From: an uncultured virus (IMG/VR IMGVR_UViG_3300042343_001542)
Taxonomy: Duplodnaviria; Heunggongvirae; Uroviricota; Caudoviricetes
IMG/VR virus record: IMGVR_UViG_3300042343_001542
DNA: 64,000 nt
Strand: one strand, 5' to 3'
Position numbers and translations under genes: made by a program. Positions 1-7,584 of this stretch are shown piece by piece. Below the pieces are notes generated by a model. It ran no database searches. It had not been told where the DNA came from and saw nothing but the letters and a program-made list of their open reading frames with translations. Position 1 is the stretch's first letter. Each line of letters opens with the position of its first letter.

Positions 1-17
1 TACCTTACGGTGTACCA
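1..17 (+). tRNA. 3' end of a tRNA cut by the window edge
   Basis: Ends ...GGTGT-A-CCA immediately before the next tRNA; identity not visible. Confidence 0.5.
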
Positions 18-21
18 AATT

Positions 22-96
22 AGCGGGTTAGTTCAGTGGTAGAATGCCAGTCTCATAAGCTGGAGGTCGTTGGTTCGAATCCTTCACCCGCTACCA
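22..96 (+). tRNA. tRNA with CAT anticodon (Met)
   Basis: Acceptor AGCGGGT/ACCCGCT, anticodon arm CCAGT-CTCATAA-GCTGG, TTCGAAT T-loop, encoded CCA. Confidence 0.9.
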
Positions 97-101
97 AACA
101 T

Positions 102-213
102 AATGATAGGAAATATCATTTGACTGATGGAAAGACATCTAGGTGTTGCCCCGAAATTGGTAAACAATGTGTTGAACCGAGCATTGCTCCTACTTGTATA
201 AGTATCGGTTCAA
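102..213 (+). ncRNA. Candidate structured non-coding element (multi-hairpin)
   Basis: AATGATA/TATCATT, GATG/CATC and TTGAACCGA/TCGGTTCAA stems between tRNAs; no credible ORF. Confidence 0.35.
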
Positions 214-312
214 TTATATAAAAACACACTGCTTGCCCGACCGAAAAAGTCGAGGTAAACTATAAGAGAAACGGGTTCGAATCCTGGGGACTGGTAGTGT
301 GTTTCTGTATAA
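214..312 (+). ncRNA. Candidate tRNA-like ncRNA with T-arm but no anticodon arm or CCA
   Basis: Long closing stem 222-233/293-304, internal hairpin CGAC/GTCG, T-arm CGGG-TTCGAAT-CCTG. Confidence 0.5.
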
Positions 313-320
313 TTTATAAG

Positions 321-382
321 ATAGGATATTCAACGGGACCGTAACTCCCGGTTATCTGACAATAGCGAGTATCTTGTGTCAG
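321..382 (+). ncRNA. Candidate three-way-junction RNA with loop pseudoknot
   Basis: P1 323-331/367-375, P2 CGGGA/TCCCG, P3 GTTAT/ATAGC; loop CTGACA complementary to TGTCAG at 377-382. Confidence 0.5.
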
Positions 383-421
383 CAAGTTTAGGATTGAATT
401 TTCTATCTTATAAAAAGTTTT

Positions 422-515
422 GGGTTCCTTTCCTTCCAGCGGATTGTAAATCCGTCGTCTAAAAAACGGAGGGGTAGTATTAGGACAGGGTGTGCAAGTC
501 GCCGGGAACCCACCA
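422..515 (+). tRNA. Non-canonical tRNA-Tyr(GTA)-like RNA
   Basis: Acceptor GGGTTCC/GGAACCC-A-CCA and anticodon arm GCGGA-TTGTAAA-TCCGT, but no D-arm in the normal position. Confidence 0.65.
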
Positions 516-522
516 AGTTTAC

Positions 523-599
523 GGGTCTGTAGTTTAATAGAAAAACACGCCGCTCATAACGGTTGAGAGTCCCAGTGCGAATCATGGGCAGACCCACCA
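523..599 (+). tRNA. tRNA with CAT anticodon (possibly Ile2)
   Basis: Acceptor GGGTCTG/CAGACCC, loop CTCATAA, CCA end; Met versus Ile2 not resolved. Confidence 0.8.
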
Positions 600-624
600 T
601 AAAATAAATTGTTAAGAAATTTTA

Positions 625-1278
625 ATGTTTAAACCAACATACCTTTATATAAAAACACACAATAAAACAGGATTAAAATATTTTGGTAAAACAATATCAA
701 AAGATCCTCATAAATATCAAGGTTCTGGTACTCGTTGGAAAAATCATATAAAAACGCACGGATATGATGTATCTACAGAAATTGTTGGTTATTTTATAGA
801 CGAAGAAGAATGTAGGCAAAAAGCAATAGAATTTGGTAAAGAAAATAATATCGTAGAATCTGCTGAGTGGGCTAATTTAAAAGAAGAATCTTTAGAAGGT
901 GGTTGGGATCATATAACAAATAATAAAGAAAAATATAGACAACAAAATCTAGAAAATGGGATAAAAACAAAAGAATTAAAAATAGGAATTTTTTCTTTAT
1001 CTTACGAAGAACATTGCGAGAATTTAAAAATTGCCAGAGAAAAACAAAAAGAAATTTTTGGAGCGAATTCTGTATTTTCTATTCTCAATACACAGAAAGA
1101 ATTTATTGAAAAGAAGAAAGAAATATTTAAGAAAATAGAACACCAACAAGGTTCAAGAAATAGTCAGTTTGGAACAATGTGGATCTATAACGAAGAATTA
1201 AAACAAAACAAAAAGATATTGAAAAGCGATCTAATTCCAGAAGGTTGGTCTAAAGGTAGAAAAATGAATTTTAAATAA
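625..1278 (+). CDS. GIY-YIG (Seg-like) homing endonuclease
   Basis: N-terminal YLY...YFG, Y.GSG motif, C-terminal NSQFGTMWI...IPEGW.KGR module; inside tRNA array. Confidence 0.8.
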   Translation: MFKPTYLYIKTHNKTGLKYFGKTISKDPHKYQGSGTRWKNHIKTHGYDVSTEIVGYFIDEEECRQKAIEFGKENNIVESAEWANLKEESLEGGWDHITNNKEKYRQQNLENGIKTKELKIGIFSLSYEEHCENLKIAREKQKEIFGANSVFSILNTQKEFIEKKKEIFKKIEHQQGSRNSQFGTMWIYNEELKQNKKILKSDLIPEGWSKGRKMNFK

Positions 1279-1285
1279 AGTTTAT

Positions 1286-1362
1286 GTCGCTATAGCTCAG
1301 TTGGACAGAGCATTCGCCTTCTAAGCGAATGGTCGGGGGTTCGAGTCCCTCTAGCGATGCCA
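1286..1362 (+). tRNA. tRNA-Arg(TCT)
   Basis: Canonical cloverleaf, TTCGC-CTTCTAA-GCGAA, CCA. Confidence 0.95.
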
Positions 1363-1369
1363 ATTTAAT

Positions 1370-1443
1370 GGGATACAAGCTTTAAGGTGAAGCAACGAGC
1401 TTTTAACTCGTAGAACACGGATCGTTACCGTGGTGTCCTACCA
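1370..1443 (+). tRNA. tRNA-Lys(TTT)
   Basis: ACGAG-CTTTTAA-CTCGT, T-loop ATCGTTA, CCA. Confidence 0.9.
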
Positions 1444-1460
1444 AATGTGTTGCAACTAAT

Positions 1461-1569
1461 GTCGGTAACGCCCTTCCTCCGACTTAAAATGACTGATAAG
1501 TATGTTAAATAATTACCTCGACGCAATGAGGTGGATGGTTGACCAATGCTTAAAGGTAATAGGGCACCA
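1461..1569 (+). ncRNA. Candidate CCA-terminated structured ncRNA
   Basis: GTCGG/CCGAC hairpin whose loop GCCCT matches 3' AGGGC-A-CCA; second hairpin ACCTC/GAGGT; lies between two tRNAs. Confidence 0.4.
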
Positions 1570-1574
1570 AATTT

Positions 1575-1648
1575 GCTTCTATAATTCAAAGGTAGAATAC
1601 CGAACTGATAATTCGGAAACGATGGATCGATACCATCTAGGAGCACCA
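1575..1648 (+). tRNA. tRNA-Ile(GAT)
   Basis: CCGAA-CTGATAA-TTCGG, acceptor GCTTCTA/TAGGAGC, CCA. Confidence 0.92.
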
Positions 1649-1678
1649 AATAAAAATCGCCCCGAAGGGCGATGGGTA

Positions 1679-1936
1679 TTAGAAGAAGTCTGGATATAAA
1701 CCGTTGATACAAATTAAGTATCTTGGATTATTTCCCCAATCTGGAATTGTGTTGTTTTTTGGACGTAAATCTGGGAGCTTAAAGTTATGAATACCGTCTC
1801 CCCCATAAACAGATCCGATAATAGAATATAATGCTTGATGATCGTTTATTGATAATGTTTGACCTTCGCAAAACATAAAATTGTTTGGGCAACGATAACC
1901 AGCGAACATTTTAATAACGCCAATAAATTCTTCCAT
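1679..1936 (-). CDS. Phage tail-collar domain protein
   Basis: FIG.IKMFAG...C.GQ.LSI....LYSIIG..YGGDG..NF.LPDLR matches the tail collar domain. Confidence 0.85.
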   Translation of the reverse strand: MEEFIGVIKMFAGYRCPNNFMFCEGQTLSINDHQALYSIIGSVYGGDGIHNFKLPDLRPKNNTIPDWGNNPRYLICINGLYPDFF

Positions 1937-1966
1937 AGTAACCTCAATGTTAAAAAAATGTATTTA

Positions 1967-2040
1967 GGCGATATAGTTTAGTGATAGAACAAGAGATTCA
2001 TATCCTCTGAGCAGAAGTTTGATTCTTCTTATCGCCACCA
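1967..2040 (+). tRNA. tRNA with CAT anticodon (Met)
   Basis: Acceptor GGCGATA/TATCGCC, loop TTCATAT, CCA. Confidence 0.85.
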
Positions 2041-2049
2041 AAGAGTTAT

Positions 2050-2124
2050 GGTTCCATAGTGTAGTGGTCTGCACGATGCCCTGTCAAGGCATAAGTCCGG
2101 GATCGTTCCCCGGTGGAACCGCCA
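2050..2124 (+). tRNA. tRNA-Asp(GTC)
   Basis: ATGCC-CTGTCAA-GGCAT, G discriminator, CCA. Confidence 0.92.
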
Positions 2125-2147
2125 ATTTAGTTTAATATATAATAAAT

Positions 2148-2222
2148 GCCTCTATAGTTTAACGGGAAAAACAAGGGATTTGTAACCCCTAGTTGTCGGG
2201 TCAGTTCCGACTGGAGGCTCCA
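2148..2222 (+). tRNA. tRNA-Thr(TGT)
   Basis: Acceptor GCCTCTA/TGGAGGC, loop TTTGTAA, CCA. Confidence 0.88.
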
Positions 2223-2240
2223 TTTTAAAAACTGTTAATT

Positions 2241-2248
2241 TATAAATA
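2241..2248 (+). promoter_or_regulatory. T4-type late promoter TATAAATA inside a hairpin covering the HNH start region
   Basis: Exact TATAAATA flanked by ACTGTTAAT/ATTAACAGT inverted repeat ending at the ATG. Confidence 0.7.
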
Positions 2249-2275
2249 CTTTATTTCGAGTATTGGATTAACAGT

Positions 2276-2986
2276 ATGAATTATAGAAAAATATACGACA
2301 ACATTATTGAAAATAGGTTAAAAACTCCGTTTGATGGATATACCGAAAAACATCATATAATTCCAAAAAGTATTGGTGGTAGTGATTTAAAAGAAAATTT
2401 AGTTTGTTTGAGTGCTAGAGAACATTTTGTTTGTCATTATCTCTTAACAAAGATGTTCCAACCAAAAACTAAAGAATTTTATTCGATGATTAAAGCGTTT
2501 TTAATAATGAGCGCAAACAGCGAATATCAAGATAGGTATTTTAATTCTAGATTATATGAAAGTTGTAGAACAAAATTTTCGCAAGCACAATCCTTTTGCC
2601 AAAAAGGAAATAAAAATTCCCAATATGGGACTATGTGGATTGTTAATTTAGATTTAAGGTTAAATAAAAAGATAAAAAAAGAACAAGAAATACCAGAAGG
2701 ATGGATAAAAGGATATGTAACAAATTTTGATGCGTATCTTGAAAAAATCAAGAAGGTAAAACGGGTCAAGAAAATAAAAAAAGAGAAAAAAGAAAAAGAG
2801 TTTTTTGATTATGTTGACTATTATACGAGATTATATAAAATATATAATGAATATGGTTTTGAATATTTGGTAGAAAATACAGGGTATGATAAATCCAAAC
2901 AAAATTTTGTTATGAGGTGTGCTAAATATGTAAAAGATTTTGTTCCGCAGAATGGAAAACCTAGAGGAACAAATAAAAAAATTTAA
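2276..2986 (+). CDS. HNH (Mob-like) homing endonuclease
   Basis: YTEKHHIIPKSIGG.D...NLV.LSAREHFVCH.LL. Confidence 0.9.
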   Translation: MNYRKIYDNIIENRLKTPFDGYTEKHHIIPKSIGGSDLKENLVCLSAREHFVCHYLLTKMFQPKTKEFYSMIKAFLIMSANSEYQDRYFNSRLYESCRTKFSQAQSFCQKGNKNSQYGTMWIVNLDLRLNKKIKKEQEIPEGWIKGYVTNFDAYLEKIKKVKRVKKIKKEKKEKEFFDYVDYYTRLYKIYNEYGFEYLVENTGYDKSKQNFVMRCAKYVKDFVPQNGKPRGTNKKI

Positions 2987-2987
2987 T

Positions 2988-3077
2988 TCCCACGTACTCT
3001 AATGGTAAGAGGTTTGACTGTTAATCAAATGTAATCGGTAAAACCGTATGCGTGTTCGAGTCGCGCCGTGGGAGCCA
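2988..3077 (+). tRNA. tRNA-Asn(GTT) with long variable arm
   Basis: Acceptor TCCCACG/CGTGGGA, TTTGA-CTGTTAA-TCAAA, about 20-nt variable region, CCA. Confidence 0.88.
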
Positions 3078-3082
3078 AATAT

Positions 3083-3161
3083 GGGGAATGGGACTGCTAG
3101 TGGTGGTCGCCTCGCTTGCACCGAGGATAACAGATCGGTTAGAATCCGATATTCTCCACCA
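3083..3161 (+). tRNA. tRNA-Ala(TGC)
   Basis: G3:U70 pair, CCTCG-CTTGCAC-CGAGG, CCA. Confidence 0.9.
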
Positions 3162-3167
3162 ATTTAT

Positions 3168-3244
3168 CTCCGAGTAGCTCAATTTGGTAGAGCATTCCGT
3201 TTGGGGCGGAAAGGTTGCACGTTCAATTCGTGTCTCGGAGACCA
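3168..3244 (+). tRNA. tRNA-Pro(TGG)
   Basis: TTCCG-TTTGGGG-CGGAA, acceptor CTCCGAG/CTCGGAG, CCA. Confidence 0.93.
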
Positions 3245-3268
3245 ATTTACTTTATAATAAGATACACT

Positions 3269-3460
3269 ATGGACAAAGAAAAAGCGCAACAAATTCTAAA
3301 TCTGGTAGAAAGAGCACTTAGTGAAGTAAGAAATGCTGCCTATAAAGAAAAATTTATCCTTGGTACTAAAAGAAAAGATATACTTTATTCGCAAGTATTA
3401 AATTTGTTAATTGAAAAGAAAAGAAGAACAGAAGGGTTTTTAGAACAATATAAAGAATAA
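3269..3460 (+). CDS. Hypothetical protein
   Basis: ATG-started ORF filling the gap between tRNA-Pro and tRNA-Trp. Confidence 0.55.
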   Translation: MDKEKAQQILNLVERALSEVRNAAYKEKFILGTKRKDILYSQVLNLLIEKKRRTEGFLEQYKE

Positions 3461-3461
3461 T

Positions 3462-3536
3462 ATCTCACTAAGATAATGGTAGTCGTCGGGTCTCCAAAAC
3501 CTTGAAGTCGGGGTTCGAATCCTCGGTGGGATGCCA
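3462..3536 (+). tRNA. tRNA-Trp(CCA)
   Basis: Acceptor ATCTCAC/GTGGGAT, loop CTCCAAA, TTCGAAT, CCA. Confidence 0.88.
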
Positions 3537-3570
3537 ATTTATAATAGAGGAAAAACAATGTAGGTGAATT

Positions 3571-4044
3571 ATGAAACATACCATAAACATAAAAGAAGTT
3601 CAAACGTATATAGAATCGTTAAGTCCCCAAACTAAAATTTATATTGGTGGCGATTCTGAACGATTCAAAATTAATGGTGTATGGTATGCGGATTATGCGA
3701 CTGTAATTGTAGTCCATATTGATGGTAAACACGGTTGTAAAGTGTTTGGCGAAATCACCAGAGAAAGAGATTTCGACCAAAAGAAAGCAAAACCAAGAAT
3801 GCGATTAATGACAGAAGTATACAAAATTGCAGAACTATATCTTAAATTGAAAGATGTACTTGAAGATAGAGATGTTGAAGTTCATATAGACATAAATCCA
3901 GATGAACATTATGGTTCTTCTTGTGTTATATCTGAAGCAGTAGGTTATATTCGGGGTATGTGTAACGTTGTTCCCCTGGTTAAACCAAACGCCTGGGCAG
4001 CATCAACTTGTGCTGACAGATTAAAGAGTTTAAAAGTAGCATGA
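3571..4044 (+). CDS. RNase H-like YkuK family protein
   Basis: IYIG.DS...YATVIVVH...RLM.EV...EVHIDIN...AAS..AD pattern. Confidence 0.75.
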   Translation: MKHTINIKEVQTYIESLSPQTKIYIGGDSERFKINGVWYADYATVIVVHIDGKHGCKVFGEITRERDFDQKKAKPRMRLMTEVYKIAELYLKLKDVLEDRDVEVHIDINPDEHYGSSCVISEAVGYIRGMCNVVPLVKPNAWAASTCADRLKSLKVA

Positions 4045-4256
4045 TATATCTAGTAGAAGGATATAATAAATCAGATTATATTACTGATATTGTTAATTGG
4101 GAACCTTTACGTTATTTTGAAACTTTACAGCAATCTTTTCTGTATATGGATAATATGAAAGAAAGAAATTATGAAACTAGAGTCCGGTTGACTGATTCTC
4201 CTATTGAAGAGATAACTCAACCGGGCGAACACTGGGAAATTTTCTTTGGAGTGTGA
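4041..4256 (+). CDS. Hypothetical protein
   Basis: ATGA overlap with the upstream gene. Confidence 0.6.
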   Translation: MIYLVEGYNKSDYITDIVNWEPLRYFETLQQSFLYMDNMKERNYETRVRLTDSPIEEITQPGEHWEIFFGV

Positions 4257-4257
4257 C

Positions 4258-4286
4258 TTTACTTTTTAGGTTGATTGGGTTACGAT
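4258..4286 (+). promoter_or_regulatory. Sigma70-like early promoter TTTACT-N17-TACGAT
   Basis: One of about 12 matches to TTTACT-N16/17-TA.AAT in the window. Confidence 0.6.
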
Positions 4287-4319
4287 ATCTTTCGTAAAGT
4301 AAACAACATTGAGAATATT

Positions 4320-4673
4320 ATGAAATCTGTTTTTATCTTGGGCGTTGTTTTGGTTTCTTTTTCTGTTAATGCGGAAAGATATATTGAATATCACGAAAAC
4401 CCTAATGCCCTCTTTGACGCTACAAAGAACTTTACTAATATGTCAAACATTACTTGGCGTACTGTAAAAAATGTAACCAAAGCGTGTAACGAAGAAAAGA
4501 AAAAACGTGGTAAAAAGCCATACGGATACGTTGTAGAAGCATGCGCGTTTTGGGATAAAACTTTGGGGTTTGATACTTGTCTTGTAATAACAGAAAAGAA
4601 AACTTCAATGGCTACAATTGGGCATGAGGTTATGCACTGTTTTTCTGGGGCTTGGCATGAAGACTTTAAATAA
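4320..4673 (+). CDS. Secreted protein with HExxH motif
   Basis: Signal peptide ending VNA, GHEVMHC motif. Confidence 0.6.
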   Translation: MKSVFILGVVLVSFSVNAERYIEYHENPNALFDATKNFTNMSNITWRTVKNVTKACNEEKKKRGKKPYGYVVEACAFWDKTLGFDTCLVITEKKTSMATIGHEVMHCFSGAWHEDFK

Positions 4674-4766
4674 AAGTTTCTAATAAGAATAGAAAAAGTT
4701 AAACAAATTATAGTTTGTATTTGTTTAGTGATGTTGGTTGTGTTTATTATCTAAGGAGAATATATT

Positions 4767-4928
4767 ATGTCTGGAACTGTTATTAAGCGATGTGGTTGTA
4801 AGGGTAATCCTTCTCATGCTTCTGATTTTCAAGATGCCAAGTATGGTCAAGGAAATCGCGTTATGTCTCTAGATCAAAAGAAATCTGAGGCAACATGTTC
4901 TGTATGTGGAAAGACTGTGAAGTTGTAA
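4767..4928 (+). CDS. Small Cys-rich (CxC...CxxC) protein, 53 aa
   Basis: AAGGAG RBS; MSGTVIKRCGCKG...ATCSVCGKTVKL; absent from the ORF track. Confidence 0.65.
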   Translation: MSGTVIKRCGCKGNPSHASDFQDAKYGQGNRVMSLDQKKSEATCSVCGKTVKL

Positions 4929-5007
4929 TCATGCTAAAATATGAACCCTATATAGTAGCAACAGGATTTCTAATAATTGTTTTTATTATGATGTTCTTTT
5001 AATATAT

Positions 5008-5081
5008 GCGGGTATAGTTTAATGGTAAAACCCCTGCCTTCCAAGCAGATGTTGTCAGTTCGATTCTGATTACCCGCTCCA
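5008..5081 (+). tRNA. tRNA-Gly(TCC)
   Basis: GCGGGTA/TACCCGC, loop CTTCCAA, U discriminator, CCA. Confidence 0.93.
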
Positions 5082-5091
5082 AATAATATAA

Positions 5092-5121
5092 TGGCGATAT
5101 TTAACGATATCGCCATTTTTT
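5092..5121 (+). terminator. Intrinsic terminator closing the tRNA array
   Basis: ATGGCGATAT/ATATCGCCAT stem followed by a T-run. Confidence 0.85.
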
Positions 5122-5145
5122 ATGCTCGTTGGAAAATTCATTTTT

Positions 5146-5153
5146 TATAAATA
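5146..5153 (+). promoter_or_regulatory. Late promoter TATAAATA
   Basis: Exact T4 late consensus upstream of the 5330-7584 operon. Confidence 0.65.
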
Positions 5154-5329
5154 CCTATATAATAAAAGAACTCAAAGAAGTTCAAAAGAATTTGGAGTAA
5201 TCCAAATCGTTGGTAGTCGTAACTACAAATCTTGAAGCCCGAAGTTGGTTTTGAGTATAAAAAGAAAACCACAATAACAATAATAGCAATAAAACCTTTA
5301 TACAGGTTGAAGTTGCAGGAGAAAATCAA

Positions 5330-6157
5330 ATGGCAGATGTAGTATATTCTACAGATCCTTTAATGGGTCTTTATCAAGATCATTCAGACATTCGTAGAGA
5401 AGCAGCAAATTATGCGTCTGATATTCGCAGAGAAGGTGCTGAACACACTAATGAAATCGTAAAAGAAACTATTAAATCCGAAGCACATATCCTTCAAGAT
5501 GCTGGTAAAAACACCAATGAAATCGTTCGCGAAGGATTAAAAGAATCTTTCAATATCCGCGGCGACGTTAAAGATTCTCGTCACGATATCAATAGTCGCA
5601 TTAACGAAGCAACATCAGATTTGTCTCGTCAAGTTGATGCAATCGACGATACATTTACTAAGCAAGCGTCTGATTACTTTATTGCCAATCAACAGTATGC
5701 ATTCAATGCTGCTCGCGATCTTGCGTCAATAAAAGCAACCTCAGATATGGCTTTCATGAAACTAGGTCAGGACATTCAAACTCAGGGTGCTCTTGGACAA
5801 GCTGCTTCTGCTCTTGAAAGTGCTAAAGTCGCTGCTGCTATTGCTCTTGGACAATCACAACTTTCTAAAGAAATCTTTGCAGATGGTCAAAAGACACGCG
5901 ACCTAGTTAATGATCTAAAGTATCATGATTTAAATCGTGCGTTAATTGAAAGAAATAGTGAACTTGTTGAAGAACGCGAAGGTCGTCGTCATTGGAGACA
6001 TCACGCTGATCAGAATCAGTGGGCTGGACAGTTTGCGGCACTTCAGAGTCAAATGCAGAATTTCAATAGCCAACTATCTGAAACTCGTCAGGGTATGGTG
6101 AATTTCGGCACTATGGCTGGAGTTGGACAAACCTCCACAAGCAATAACGTTAAGTGA
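5330..6157 (+). CDS. Coiled-coil protein with 11-residue (hendecad) periodicity
   Basis: SDIRRE and TNEIV(K/R)E recur at 11- and 22-aa spacing; AGGAG RBS. Confidence 0.75.
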   Translation: MADVVYSTDPLMGLYQDHSDIRREAANYASDIRREGAEHTNEIVKETIKSEAHILQDAGKNTNEIVREGLKESFNIRGDVKDSRHDINSRINEATSDLSRQVDAIDDTFTKQASDYFIANQQYAFNAARDLASIKATSDMAFMKLGQDIQTQGALGQAASALESAKVAAAIALGQSQLSKEIFADGQKTRDLVNDLKYHDLNRALIERNSELVEEREGRRHWRHHADQNQWAGQFAALQSQMQNFNSQLSETRQGMVNFGTMAGVGQTSTSNNVK

Positions 6158-6976
<819 letters not shown>

Positions 6977-7035
6977 CCATTGACACACAAAAAACTAAGT
7001 TCACAAGAATAATAACAAAAAACGAGGAACAATTT

Positions 7036-7365
7036 ATGGCATATATTAACGTAAAATTACAAGAAAATGTAACCAATTCAGGATGTAATTCTTACTGTAC
7101 TACAGTAGTTACTAATAATTACAGTGCTTCCGATATGGACAACTACATTGGAGTAGTTTCTGAAGAACCTGTAATCATAATTCTCCCACCTTCCCCAGAC
7201 GGAAAACCCTATACGGTTAAAAACGAATGGGGCGAAAAGTCTGGTAAAATTACTGTGACGGGTTCTGAGGGAGAATTAATCGACAGAGCAGAAATTTACG
7301 AACTAACATCACCTTTTGAAAGTGCAACTTTCGTTTCTAGAGGTGGTAACTGGTATATAATCTAG
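7036..7365 (+). CDS. Stand-alone paralogue of the collagen protein C-terminal domain
   Basis: Shared NY.A...D.YIGV.S..PV.I.LP ... SRGG.WYII. Confidence 0.8.
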   Translation: MAYINVKLQENVTNSGCNSYCTTVVTNNYSASDMDNYIGVVSEEPVIIILPPSPDGKPYTVKNEWGEKSGKITVTGSEGELIDRAEIYELTSPFESATFVSRGGNWYII

Positions 7366-7374
7366 GAGGAAATC

Positions 7375-7584
7375 ATGCACTTTAGAATACCAAGAAATTT
7401 CAGATTAAGAACAAGAGTATATCCAAGAGTTTATGGCGATGGTTATAGATATTATATGTGGGATAGCAACAATATTGGCAGCAACATCTCTTCTGTGGAT
7501 CAGAATATAACCAATTTTGGCACACAGACAGATGTTACGCAAAGTTCCATAGTGAATCAGTCTATCATAGACAGGAACAGATAA
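7375..7584 (+). CDS. Small protein, Arg/Tyr-rich N-half and Asn/Gln/Ser-rich C-half
   Basis: AGGAGG RBS; last gene of the operon. Confidence 0.65.
   Translation: MHFRIPRNFRLRTRVYPRVYGDGYRYYMWDSNNIGSNISSVDQNITNFGTQTDVTQSSIVNQSIIDRNR

Noticed and set aside
36..600. ORFs 36-221 and 403-600 (also 1425-1712, 3021-3257, 3385-3603)
   Set aside because: They overlap tRNA genes or structured RNA and show no protein-like features.
1444..1569. HDV-like (theta) or pistol ribozyme after tRNA-Lys
   Set aside because: There is no room for the P3/L3 of an HDV fold, and the hairpin loop is much longer than in pistol. Kept only as an unclassified ncRNA candidate.
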